A stretch of 64,000 bases of DNA, taken from NCBI GenBank assembly GCA_034422355.1, contig DAOUJS010000006.1, positions 12,288 through 76,287 of the forward strand. Direction: 5' to 3'. This document shows, in pieces, positions 1 through 9,563 of the stretch (its first letter is position 1; every line of letters begins with the position of its first letter). Source of the DNA: Dehalococcoidia bacterium (GTDB lineage: Bacteria; Chloroflexota; Dehalococcoidia; Lucifugimonadales; UBA3495). A program made the translations under genes and the position numbers. Under the pieces are notes generated by a model, which ran no database searches, was not told the origin of the DNA, and saw only the letters and a program-made list of their open reading frames with translations.

Positions 1-25
1 GTCCCTTGACCGGGGAGGTTGGCAC

Positions 26-928
26 ATGGCGTCACACCAGTTGGGACTATCGCTTCACGACGCGGCACGGGCTATGGGTGTCGTCTTCACCCAGGATAAC
101 GAGCCGGTCGACAGGAACGTCCAGGTAAACGGAATGAACTTCCATTACCTGGAATGGGGCGATGCCGCCAACCCCACAGTGTTGATGCTGCACGGCAATT
201 CGCAGCAAGGGCATAGCTGGGACTTCGCCAGCCTGCCCCTCTCCGAGCACTACCATGTCATTGCCCTGGACCAGCGGGGTCACGGTGACACCGACTGGGC
301 GCCGGACGGGGACTATTCACTGGATGCCCAGGTCCGCGACATTGAAGGCTTTGTCGATGTCATGGGGTTGGACAACTTCACCCTGATCGGCCACTCGATG
401 GGGGGCCGCAACTCCTACGTCTGGGCGTCCCGCAACTCCCACAAGCTCCGGGGACTGGTCATCGTAGATACCGGCCCGCAGACCGCCCGCCGGGGTTCCG
501 ACCGCATCCGCCGCTTCCGCGAGTTGCCCGACGAACTGGACTCTTTCGAGGAGTTCGCCCAACGGGTGATGGAATACACCGGGCGCACCAGGGAGCAGGT
601 GCTGGGGGCGCTGAAGTACAGTATCCGGGAGAGGCCCGACGGCAAGTGGACCTGGAAGTATGACAAGGTAATGCGCACGCCCAATCACCGGCCCTCGTCC
701 TGGTCATCGGAGCAGCTTTGGGAGGCAGTGGGCAAGATCACCTGCCCGACCCTGGTGGTGCGCGGCGACCGCAGCGACCTCTTCACTGAAGAGACGATGC
801 AACGGATGCAGGAAGTCATCCCCGATTGCACCACCATCACCATCGCCAACGCCGGCCACCTGGTGCAGGGCGACAATCCCCCGGACTTCAACGCGGCAGT
901 CCTGGAATTGCTACACCGTATTCACTAG
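26..928 (+). CDS. alpha/beta-fold hydrolase
   Basis: 300-aa ORF. HG-type oxyanion region (LMLHGNSQQGHSW), nucleophile elbow GHSMGG, C-terminal AGHLVQGDNP histidine region. Confidence 0.85.
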   Translation: MASHQLGLSLHDAARAMGVVFTQDNEPVDRNVQVNGMNFHYLEWGDAANPTVLMLHGNSQQGHSWDFASLPLSEHYHVIALDQRGHGDTDWAPDGDYSLDAQVRDIEGFVDVMGLDNFTLIGHSMGGRNSYVWASRNSHKLRGLVIVDTGPQTARRGSDRIRRFRELPDELDSFEEFAQRVMEYTGRTREQVLGALKYSIRERPDGKWTWKYDKVMRTPNHRPSSWSSEQLWEAVGKITCPTLVVRGDRSDLFTEETMQRMQEVIPDCTTITIANAGHLVQGDNPPDFNAAVLELLHRIH

Positions 929-948
929 GGCGCGGCAGGAGCGCCCGC

Positions 949-1544
949 ATGGACGTTGCCCCGGCTTTCATAGACGAGACTGGCGTACTGCGCGGCAGTC
1001 TTACCAGGAACCCGGTATATGGCATCGGGTTGCTGGTTATCAATGACCCTGGGGACTGACCGATAGTCTCTACCAACTCCATTTCAGTTTCAGGGCTGGG
1101 AGGTCTGAACAAAGGAGGCAGCTTCGCCGTTCCCTGTTACGTGAGAACCGTTCTCCCTCTCTGGCTGAACTGGACCGCCTCTTCTGGAGCACCAGGCATC
1201 ACGAGTACAAGTTCGCTGAGGTTAATGGACATAACCTCCAGGAGTATGTAGACCTTCTCAATTTATTCTTCTCGTTTGGTGACGCCGAATTTCACACGCT
1301 GCTGCTGGACCGGACACGACCGGGTTTTAACCTTGAGCCGTGGAATTTCGATGAATGGACGGCTTACGTCGCGCTGACCTGCGAGTTGATAGAGCGAAGT
1401 CTCATGGCGGACAGTGGCGAAGAGGAGCTTGACAGCTTTCGTCAAGAGCAGAACCGGGCTGGAAGCTGGGGAGGCCATCCTGCCACAATCGGCGGACTTT
1501 CGCATGATAACCAGTCCGTTACTGTTCACAGTCCGATTGCATAA
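949..1544 (+). pseudogene. DUF3800-like gene interrupted by a frameshift
   Basis: ATG at 949 gives MDVAPAFIDETGVLRG...GIGLLVINDPGD then a stop at 1057-1059 (DUF3800-type N-terminal xIDExG motif). A second frame is open from 1056 to TAA at 1542-1544. It reads ...HEYKFAEVNGHNLQEYVDLLNLFFSFGDAEFHTLLLDRTRPGFNLEPW... and has no start codon of its own. The region is lower in GC than its neighbours. Confidence 0.45.
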
Positions 1545-1918
1545 ATAACCCCCGGCTATGTCCGGCGTCCCTCCTGCTCTGCGGAAACGACGCACTCCGA
1601 CCACTCCGAGGATTACTTATATCGCGGTCCAAGCATAGGCCATTGTCAACGCTGGCGGGCGGCTGGTTGGCGAATTGGCGCCAAATCATTGGACTACGAG
1701 GGCCGAAGCGCGTCGCTTGTCCATTGCCTGCCAGGCAACCCCAATGTCCCTCGCAAAGGGTTGACTCTATCCAAGGTAGCAGAGGGATTCCCGCAGTCGT
1801 CATGGCGTCTGTTGCTGGAATTGCTCCCTGTGTTCCAGTATCATTACGCCTACCTGTAACGGCAAAAATCCCAGGCCCGCGGCATCTGGCCGGAGGGACC
1901 TGATTTCGGGAGGCCGCT

Positions 1919-3466
1919 TTGAAATACGACGTTATTGTTATCGGCGCAGGGTCAGCAGGTTCCATCGTCGCCACCCGCATGAGCGAAGACTCCAACCGTT
2001 CCGTTCTGCTTCTTGAGGCGGGGCCGGACTACCCGGACTTTGAACACCTTCCCGATGAGGTCAAGTACGGCTACGCCACCACCACCGACGTCATGACCAG
2101 CGATCACAACTGGCAGTTTGTCGGCAGGGGCACGGAGAAGGCCCCGGAAATCATGGTGCCCAGGGGCAGGGTCACCGGAGGCTCCAGCGCCATCAACGGC
2201 CAGATGTTCCTCCGGGGCGTCCCGGAGGACTACGACACCTGGGCTTCCTTCGGCAACGACGAGTGGCGGTTCCAGGACCTTCTCGGGTGCTTCCGCAAGC
2301 TGGAGACCGACACGGACTTCCAGGATGACTTCCACGGCACTGACGGTCCCATCATCGCCCGCCGCTTCAAGCCCGATGAATGGCTGCCCGCCCAGCACGC
2401 CTTCTACAATGCCTGCAAGGAGTACGGATTCCCGGACAGCCCCGACCACAACAGCCCCGACGCCAGCGGCATAGGCCCCACGCCGTACAACAATCCCAAC
2501 GGCATCCGGTGGAGTACGGCCCTGGGTTACCTGGACCCGGCCAGGCACCGGCTGAATCTCACCATCCGGCCCAACTGCACGGTCCACCGCGTCATATTCG
2601 AGGGCAACCGGGCGGTGGGAGTTGATGTCGAGAGCGGCGGAGAGAAATTCACCGTCGAGGCGGACCAGATCATCCTCTGCGGTGGGGCCATCGCTTCTCC
2701 GCAGTTGCTCATGCTCTCGGGAGTCGGCCCGGCGGAGCACCTGCGCGGCCTTGGCATTCCGGTAGTGCATGACTCCCCCGGTGTCGGCCAGAACCTGCGC
2801 GACCACCCCATCGTTCCGGTCACCTGGCGCACCAAGCCCGGTTTTGACCTTGACGGGCTGGCCCCCCGGAGCCAGCTATGCTTGCGCTACACCGCCGAGG
2901 GTTCCGACCTGCGCAACGATATGATCGTCATCATGTCATCCTATGCCACCGAGCGGGTCAACCGGGGCGGCAACCGGATGGAGCCGCTGGGCATCAGGAT
3001 GTCGGTGTCCATCTACCTGGCCAAGGGCGCCGGAGAACTGCGTCTCCAGTCCACCGAACCCAACCAGCAGCCCTTCCTGGACTACAACTACCTCCAGGAG
3101 GATTTCGACCGCAAGCGGCTGCGAGACGGGGTACGCATGGTTGTGAAACTTGGCGAGCACCCGGACTTCGGCAACATCGTCGAGGAACTGGTCGAGCCTA
3201 CCGCCGACGACCTGGCCACGGACGAGGCCCTGGACGATTGGATGATGCGGGAAGTCTCGACCGCCCAGCACATCTCCTGCACCTGCAAGATGGGACCGGC
3301 ATCGGACCCGATGGCAGTGGTGGACCAGTACGGTAAGGTCCACGGGTTGGAGAACATCAGGGTCGTTGACGCCTCCATCATGCCTGACTGCGTCCGGGCC
3401 AACACCAACGTGACCACCATGATGATCGGGGAGCGGGTGTCCGAGTTCATACTCCAGGGGAAGTAA
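1919..3466 (+). CDS. GMC-family FAD oxidoreductase (choline dehydrogenase-like), paralog 1
   Basis: 515 aa, TTG start. N-terminal FAD fold YDVIVIGAGSAGSIVA...LLLEAG, GGSSAINGQ motif, C-terminal HISCTCKMG...VVDASIMP...NTNVTTMMIGER GMC signature. Confidence 0.9.
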   Translation: MKYDVIVIGAGSAGSIVATRMSEDSNRSVLLLEAGPDYPDFEHLPDEVKYGYATTTDVMTSDHNWQFVGRGTEKAPEIMVPRGRVTGGSSAINGQMFLRGVPEDYDTWASFGNDEWRFQDLLGCFRKLETDTDFQDDFHGTDGPIIARRFKPDEWLPAQHAFYNACKEYGFPDSPDHNSPDASGIGPTPYNNPNGIRWSTALGYLDPARHRLNLTIRPNCTVHRVIFEGNRAVGVDVESGGEKFTVEADQIILCGGAIASPQLLMLSGVGPAEHLRGLGIPVVHDSPGVGQNLRDHPIVPVTWRTKPGFDLDGLAPRSQLCLRYTAEGSDLRNDMIVIMSSYATERVNRGGNRMEPLGIRMSVSIYLAKGAGELRLQSTEPNQQPFLDYNYLQEDFDRKRLRDGVRMVVKLGEHPDFGNIVEELVEPTADDLATDEALDDWMMREVSTAQHISCTCKMGPASDPMAVVDQYGKVHGLENIRVVDASIMPDCVRANTNVTTMMIGERVSEFILQGK

Positions 3467-3793
3467 GGTTGACCATTGCCAAGGCCAGGGATGCGGCCTG
3501 CTCGTCAGCCCGCGTTCCTGGCGTCAGCCAATGCCGGGGCCAAGGGCCGAACATCAGGGAAGTTGTAGATGCCAGCGCAACTGAAAGAAGTAACCCTGTA
3601 TGTTCTCCCGTACACTGCCCTGGTGGATTGTCTGATCGCCCCGGTTGTCGCGTATGAGATAATCTTGAATACAGCCGATTCCCGGGAACAGACAGTCATA
3701 AACATCGCGTATGGCGTAAGCGCGGCTGTGGCCGTCATTTTCTTGCGGGAAAGGACGAATAGGGTCCAATAGCCAACGTTGAGGGGACAGGAT

Positions 3794-5245
3794 ATGGGAA
3801 ATCACGAAATTGAGCAGATCGCGCACCTGATGCGCCGCGCCGGGTTCGGCGCGACCCGCGACCAACTGGACGATTTCTCCGCCAGGGGCTACAAGGCCAC
3901 CGTCGAACAGTTGCTGGACCAGGCGGGTGAGCAGCGGATGGGCGACGACGTTATCCGGCGGTTTCACCCGGAACTTTCCGGCATGATGGGGCCTCAGGCC
4001 TCGGGCGAAAACTGGCTCTACCGCATGGTAACCACCACGACGCCACTGCGGGAGAAGGTCTGCCTTTTCTGGCACGGCATTTTCGCCACGGGCTATCCGA
4101 AGGTCATCCACGGCAAGGCACTGTCGGACCAGATCAGGATGTTCCGCCGCTACGGCATGGACAGCTTCCGGGACCTTCTGCTGGAACTTTCCAAAGACCC
4201 GGCGATGATCATCTGGCTGGACAACCAGGACAACCACAAGGACGCCATCAACGAGAACTTCGGGCGGGAGCTGCTGGAGCTTTTCTCGATGGGCGTCGGC
4301 AACTACACGGAGCGGGACATCAAGGAGTGCGCCCGCGCCTTCACCGGCTGGACCCTGGGCAACCGGGAGTACATGGAGCTTCGCTCCATGCGCGACTCGG
4401 ACTGGCCATACGGCCGCATCTCCTGGCATTTCGAGTTCCATCCCGAGGACCACGACGACGGCGAGAAGGAATTTCTCGGCCAGCACGGACGGTTCAACGG
4501 GGAGGACATCGTAGACATTATCTGCCAGCAGGAGGCCACGGCCCGGTTCATCTCCCGTCACATGTACAGCTTCTTCGTGGCCGATGAACCGCCCGTTCCC
4601 GAGTGGCCCTACACTCCGCCGGCGGACCCGGCGGCCATCGACATGCTGGCGCAGGTCTACTTCGACAGCGGATATAACATCTCCGCCATGCTCCGCGCCC
4701 TCTTCAACTCGGATTTCTTCAAGGCGGGAGACTCCTGGTACAGCAAGGTGAAGAGCCCGGTTGAACTGGTGGCCGGGGTGCTCCGGTTGAGCGGCGAATT
4801 CGACCGCCCCCGCAAGGAGATACTGGACCGCTACCAGCAGGCCGTGTTCATGGGCCAGTACCTGAACAACCCTCCCAGCGTGGAAGGCTGGCACCAGGGC
4901 GCGGACTGGATCGACACCGGCTCCCTAGTGGAGCGGGTCAACTTCGCCTCCCAGCAATTGGGCGACGTGCAGAGGCCCGGCGTACAGGCCATGATTGACC
5001 GAATCGCAGTGCAACTGACGGACGCCGGTCAGCCCCCAGATTCGTCCGAAAGCCTGGTGGATGCCTGCCTGGACCAGGTGGGCGCCATCTCCGTATCGGA
5101 GGCCACCCGGCAGGAATTGATCAACTTCGCCTCTGCCGTTGGCAGGCCGGAAATGCGGGCTGGGAGCCTTGACGATGCCAGTCGCCAGCGGGTGGCCGAC
5201 GTAATCCAGATGGTGGCCTCGACCCACGAGTTCCAGCGGGCATAG
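3794..5245 (+). CDS. DUF1800 domain protein
   Basis: ORF 3779..5245. ATG at 3794 is preceded by GAGGGGA. N-terminus HLMRRAGFGATRDQLD is typical of DUF1800. Confidence 0.8.
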   Translation: MGNHEIEQIAHLMRRAGFGATRDQLDDFSARGYKATVEQLLDQAGEQRMGDDVIRRFHPELSGMMGPQASGENWLYRMVTTTTPLREKVCLFWHGIFATGYPKVIHGKALSDQIRMFRRYGMDSFRDLLLELSKDPAMIIWLDNQDNHKDAINENFGRELLELFSMGVGNYTERDIKECARAFTGWTLGNREYMELRSMRDSDWPYGRISWHFEFHPEDHDDGEKEFLGQHGRFNGEDIVDIICQQEATARFISRHMYSFFVADEPPVPEWPYTPPADPAAIDMLAQVYFDSGYNISAMLRALFNSDFFKAGDSWYSKVKSPVELVAGVLRLSGEFDRPRKEILDRYQQAVFMGQYLNNPPSVEGWHQGADWIDTGSLVERVNFASQQLGDVQRPGVQAMIDRIAVQLTDAGQPPDSSESLVDACLDQVGAISVSEATRQELINFASAVGRPEMRAGSLDDASRQRVADVIQMVASTHEFQRA

Positions 5246-5305
5246 ACGCAATCGCCCCTCACCCAACTCTCTCCTTCTGGAGAGGGAGAATCTTCAGGAA
5301 AAGCG

Positions 5306-6355
5306 ATGAGCACGATAGAATTGACCAGAGGGACCCGGTTCCTCGAGTATGCCCTCTCCGTTGGGATGACCACGATGGAGGGCCGGGGATTCTACTACCC
5401 TACAGACACGGCCGTAGCCGCTAACGGACGTTTATACGTCGCCAACCGCTCCCTGGACGGAGTGGTGCGCGGCGTCCGCGTGACCATGTGCGATGTTGAC
5501 GGCGAATACTACGGCACCTTCGGTTCCTACGGAGAGGAAGAAGGCCAGTTCATCTGGCCCTCGGCCTGCGCCTCCGACGCCGAAGGCCGCGTCTACGTCA
5601 GCGACGAGTACACCCACCAGGTCTCGGTATTTGACGACGAGGGCCGGTTCCTGACCCGGTGGGGCAAGCACGGCTCCGCCGAAGGGGAGTTGGACACTCC
5701 CTCCGGCTTGGCCCCGAACCGGGACGGCAGCGTCTACGTCGCCGACACCTACAACCACCGCGTCCAAAAGTTCACCGCGGAGGGACGATTCCTGTCCGGG
5801 TTCGGCTCCCGGGGCAAGGGCCCCGGAGAGTTCGACATGCCCTGGGGTCTGACCGTGGACACAGACGGGCAGGTATACGTTGCCGACTGGCGCAATGACC
5901 GCATCCAGAAGTTCTCCCCGGATGGCTCGCACCTGGCCGCCTTCGGCAGTCCCGGTCGCCGCGACGGTGAGTTTCACCGCCCATCGGGTGTGGCGGTCGA
6001 TGCCAAGGGCTACATCTATGTATCCGACTGGGGCAATGAGCGGGTGCAGATACTCGACTCTGAGGGTGGATTCGTCCAGTCCATCCGGGGTGAGTCCACC
6101 CTGTCCACTTGGGCGGCCAACTTCCTGAAGATCAATGAGGAAGAGGGCGCGGCCCGCTCCCGGGCCAACCTGGAACCCGAAATCGAATACTTTGTCGACG
6201 AGCCTCACGAGGAATCGTCCCACATCGAAAAGCTGTTCTGGTCGCCGGTGTCGGTCAAGCTGGACACTTCCGGCAACCTGTACGTTACCGAGAGCAACCG
6301 GCACCGCATCCAGATATTCAAGCCCAGCGCACAGGCGGCGGAAGCGGGGCGGTAG
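5306..6355 (+). CDS. NHL-repeat beta-propeller protein
   Basis: 349 aa with about six repeats of the G.FxxPxGvAvDxxGxvYVaDxxNhRvQxF pattern (e.g. GELDTPSGLAPNRDGSVYVADTYNHRVQKF). Confidence 0.85.
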   Translation: MSTIELTRGTRFLEYALSVGMTTMEGRGFYYPTDTAVAANGRLYVANRSLDGVVRGVRVTMCDVDGEYYGTFGSYGEEEGQFIWPSACASDAEGRVYVSDEYTHQVSVFDDEGRFLTRWGKHGSAEGELDTPSGLAPNRDGSVYVADTYNHRVQKFTAEGRFLSGFGSRGKGPGEFDMPWGLTVDTDGQVYVADWRNDRIQKFSPDGSHLAAFGSPGRRDGEFHRPSGVAVDAKGYIYVSDWGNERVQILDSEGGFVQSIRGESTLSTWAANFLKINEEEGAARSRANLEPEIEYFVDEPHEESSHIEKLFWSPVSVKLDTSGNLYVTESNRHRIQIFKPSAQAAEAGR

Positions 6356-6382
6356 CGGGATACAACAAAGGAGGAACGATAG

Positions 6383-7510
6383 ATGACTTCCCTGAAAAGA
6401 GACCGGTCGTTGGTGGTAATTGAACTCCAGGGCGGCAACGATGCCCTGAACACCGTGGTGCCCTACAACAACGGCCTGTACTACGATTTCCGGCCCGCCG
6501 TCGGTATTCCCCAGGAAGAGGTACTCCAGGTACACGGCGAGTTCGGCCTCAACCCCAGCATGTCTCCCATGAAGCACCTGTGGGACCAGGGCAGAGTCGC
6601 TGTCATCAACGGCATCGGCTATCCCAGCCCCAACCGCTCTCACTTCCGCTCCAGGGACGTCTGGTACACTGCCGAACCCGACAAGATCGGCGCTGAGGGC
6701 TGGCTAGGAGCGACCATCCGTGACCTTGACCCCAGCGGCGAAAACGTCCTCACAGGAGTGAACTTCGGACGGTCCCTTCCCAGGGCGATGGTGTCCAAGG
6801 GCGTTCCCGTAGCCTCGGTGGGCAACCTGGAGACCTATGGGCTGATGCCCAACATGAAGGATGAGACGGCGCGGAGGCAGGCCCTGGAGTCCTTCAGCCG
6901 CATCTACGGCCCATCCCAGGCCAAGGACGCCGTGGCCCAGGTGATGGGCCAGACGGGCACCAACGCCCTCAGGGGCGCGGACATGCTGCGCACCGCCCCG
7001 ATGAAATACTCCTCCGGCGTCGAGTATGCCGACACTCCGATTGCCGACGCCCTGCGCAACATCGCGCAGGTGATGTCCGCCGACCTGGGCACCCGCATCT
7101 ACTACGCCCAGCACGGCAGCTTCGATACTCACAGCAATGAGCGCAACGCTCACGCCAAGCTGTGGACCGACGTTTCCACCGCCGTCGCCGACTTCTACCA
7201 GGACCTGGAGGAGCACGGCCAGGCCGACGACACGCTGATACTGGTCTGGTCCGAGTTCGGACGCCGCATCCGGGACAATGGCGCGGGCACCGACCACGGC
7301 TCCGGCGGCGTTGCCTTCACCATCGGCGGCGCAATCAACGGCGGCTTCTACGGCGAGTTCCCGTCCCTCCGTCCGGAGGACCACTCGGAAGGCGACCTCC
7401 ACTTCACCACCGACTTCCGCTCCACATACGCCACTATACTGGACAAGTGGCTGGGCCTCGACCCCCAGCCCATAGTCCACGGCAACTTCGAGCAGTTCGC
7501 CTTCGTGTAG
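6383..7510 (+). CDS. DUF1501 (sulfatase-like) domain protein
   Basis: 375 aa, RBS AAGGAGGA upstream. Motifs GGNDALNTVVPY, FDTHSNE, SEFGRRIRDNGAGTDHGSGG are typical of DUF1501. Confidence 0.85.
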   Translation: MTSLKRDRSLVVIELQGGNDALNTVVPYNNGLYYDFRPAVGIPQEEVLQVHGEFGLNPSMSPMKHLWDQGRVAVINGIGYPSPNRSHFRSRDVWYTAEPDKIGAEGWLGATIRDLDPSGENVLTGVNFGRSLPRAMVSKGVPVASVGNLETYGLMPNMKDETARRQALESFSRIYGPSQAKDAVAQVMGQTGTNALRGADMLRTAPMKYSSGVEYADTPIADALRNIAQVMSADLGTRIYYAQHGSFDTHSNERNAHAKLWTDVSTAVADFYQDLEEHGQADDTLILVWSEFGRRIRDNGAGTDHGSGGVAFTIGGAINGGFYGEFPSLRPEDHSEGDLHFTTDFRSTYATILDKWLGLDPQPIVHGNFEQFAFV

Positions 7511-7587
7511 GGCCGACTGCCTTAATCCGGCAAGTGCAAGCGCCGTGTCTCCAATGGTTAGGGACACGGCGCTTTGCGGAAAGAAAG

Positions 7588-7860
7588 ATGCCGACATACA
7601 GCATCAGCGAGTTCAAGGCTCGCGCCAGCGAAATACTGAGGGACCTCAAGGACGGCGACGAGGTGATAATCACCCGCCGAGGGAAACCCTGCGGCGTGCT
7701 CAAGGCCCCGCCGCCTCCGAAAACGAGGCCGTTAAGCGAATTCAGAGCGTCGCTGGCCGGTAAACTCCCCGACGCAACGTGGGAGGACTTCCAGGAAATC
7801 AAGAAGATGTGGGGGAGATTTCCGGCGCCTGACGAAGCGGGAGACGGCCGTGGTGAGTAA
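7588..7860 (+). CDS. type II antitoxin, Phd/YefM family
   Basis: ATG at 7588 inside the longer ORF 7162..7860. 90 aa starting MPTYSISEFKARASEILRDLKDGDEVIITRRGKP. Overlaps the downstream PIN gene by 11 nt. Confidence 0.75.
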   Translation: MPTYSISEFKARASEILRDLKDGDEVIITRRGKPCGVLKAPPPPKTRPLSEFRASLAGKLPDATWEDFQEIKKMWGRFPAPDEAGDGRGE

Positions 7861-8254
7861 TCCACCGCGTTTCGTGGTGGACGCTCACACCCTCTGGTGG
7901 TATATCATGGCGCGGGAACGTCTCTCCCCTGCGGCAGCCAATATTTTCCGTTTGGCCGAACAGGAACACGCTTCCCTCATAGTTCCCGCCATCGTCGTAG
8001 CCGAGCTTTACTACCTGTCTGCGAAGCTCGGTGAACCTCTGACGCCTTCCGGTCTGTTGTCTGAATTAGCACCCACAATTGGGCTTGAGTTGTCAGTCCT
8101 GGGACAGGACCAACTCGAACTGCTTCCCCTGTTGACGGAGATTCCTGAGATGCACGACCGTCTCATCGCGGCGGCGGCGATGGCCCTGGGCGCAACGATA
8201 GTTACGCGGGACCCGGACCTTCTCGCATCGCCCCAGGTAGCAACGGTCTGGTAG
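7850..8254 (+). CDS. vapC: PIN-domain toxin (VapC-like ribonuclease)
   Basis: 134 aa, GTG start. N-terminal acidic residue in FVVDAH, and C-terminal HDRLIAAAAMALGATIVTRDPDL typical of PIN domains. Paired with the upstream antitoxin. Confidence 0.85.
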   Translation: MVSNPPRFVVDAHTLWWYIMARERLSPAAANIFRLAEQEHASLIVPAIVVAELYYLSAKLGEPLTPSGLLSELAPTIGLELSVLGQDQLELLPLLTEIPEMHDRLIAAAAMALGATIVTRDPDLLASPQVATVW

Positions 8255-8259
8255 GTTGG

Positions 8260-8529
8260 TTACCCCTCTCCTGCCGCCTCCAGCAGGGTGTGGGCCAGGA
8301 GCCTCGCCTCGGTCTTGGTGATGAAGCTCATAACCGGCCAGAAGCCTTGGTCCTGGAGGACCAGGCAGATGGACTCCGCCGCTCCCTCGATGGGCAGGAA
8401 CTGGCCGCCCTCTTCGTGCTCACCCACCACGGCCAGGACCGTCCACTCGCTTTCCTCGGGGGGCGTGCAGACCCCCTGGTCGGTCATCTGGTACTCGCCG
8501 GTATAGAGGTTGTGTTTCTCGTACTGCAT
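8260..8529 (-). CDS. hypothetical small acidic protein
   Basis: 89-aa ORF filling the gap between vapC and the LLM gene. No motif recognised. Confidence 0.4.
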   Translation of the reverse strand: MQYEKHNLYTGEYQMTDQGVCTPPEESEWTVLAVVGEHEEGGQFLPIEGAAESICLVLQDQGFWPVMSFITKTEARLLAHTLLEAAGEG

Positions 8530-8561
8530 TTATAACCTTGTTCTGCAACCTGTCGGGCCGG

Positions 8562-9413
8562 TCAGCGGACCAGCGTCTCTGCCATTCGCTCCAGCTGCTC
8601 GCCCATCTCCGCCTCGGTGTCGCAGTGCTCAGGCCACACCGACACCCGTACCGCGCCCGCGTTCAGGAAGTCATCCACCTGCTGCCGGGTGGTATCCGGC
8701 TGCTGGCCGAAAATCGAGATGGTGACGGAAGCCGGGTCCCGGCCCCGCTCGGCGGCCAGGGTATCCAGAATCTTGCGGCTCTCGTCGATCTGCGCCGGCG
8801 TGACCCGGATGGGCAGCCAGCCGTCGCCCCAACGGGCGATGCGCTGCAATACGTTGCGGGCGTTACCGCCCAAGAGCACCGGCGGGTGGGGCTGTTGGGC
8901 CGGCTTCGGGTAGCAGTAGACCGGCGGGAAATCGTAGTAACGCCCGTGGAACTCGGCCTCGTCCTTGGTCCACAGCTCCTTCAGGGCCAGCACCGCTTCC
9001 CGGGTCTGGGTCCATCGATGATCGAAGTCGCCTCCCATCATCTCGGTTTCCTCGCGGTTCCAGCCCGCGCCGATGCCGAACAGGAACCTGCCCCCGCTGT
9101 AGTGGTCCAGGGCCGCGACTTCCTTGGCCAGTATCAGGGGGTTGCGCTCCGGCACCAGGGTTATGCCGGTGCCCAGCTTGATGGCGCTGGTGACCGCCGA
9201 CGCCCGGGACAGGGCAATGTACGGGTCGGTGAAGTGCCGGTAGGTCCAGGGAATATCCCCGCCGGTGGAGGGGAAGGGGCTGGCGCTATGCACCGGCAGA
9301 ATCGGGTGCTCGTGATACCAGATGGACTCGAACCCCAGTTCCTCGGCCTTTTTGGCGATGAACGCGGGGTCAATGGTGTATGCCGGCAGCGGCACAACTA
9401 TTCCAACGGACAT
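8562..9413 (-). CDS. LLM-class (luciferase-like) flavin/F420-dependent oxidoreductase
   Basis: 283 aa. Typical LLM N-terminus (AKKAEELGFESIWYHEH) and GGRFLFGIGAGW motif. Confidence 0.85.
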   Translation of the reverse strand: MSVGIVVPLPAYTIDPAFIAKKAEELGFESIWYHEHPILPVHSASPFPSTGGDIPWTYRHFTDPYIALSRASAVTSAIKLGTGITLVPERNPLILAKEVAALDHYSGGRFLFGIGAGWNREETEMMGGDFDHRWTQTREAVLALKELWTKDEAEFHGRYYDFPPVYCYPKPAQQPHPPVLLGGNARNVLQRIARWGDGWLPIRVTPAQIDESRKILDTLAAERGRDPASVTISIFGQQPDTTRQQVDDFLNAGAVRVSVWPEHCDTEAEMGEQLERMAETLVR

Positions 9414-9563
9414 TTCTGTTCCTTTCTTTCTGTATGAATGCTACCAAGGCGACTTGCACTATTCACACGGGGACACTCCCAGAAAAATCCTATATATTTT
9501 GTTCTAAGAACCGTCCACACCCACGCAAGGCCACCGTATCAGTCTCGATATGTCGTATCGGCA

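Noticed and set aside
1263-1995. Minus-strand ORFs 1263..1604 (113 aa) and 1519..1995 (158 aa) in the first spacer.
   Set aside because: The first is antisense to the DUF3800-like reading frame. The second overlaps the GMC gene start. Neither has motifs, and both have atypical composition.
7162-7587. The 5' two thirds of the 232-aa ORF 7162..7860.
   Set aside because: It overlaps the 3' end of the DUF1501 gene in another frame and translates to Arg/Pro/His-rich sequence. Only the last 90 codons (from ATG 7588) resemble an antitoxin.
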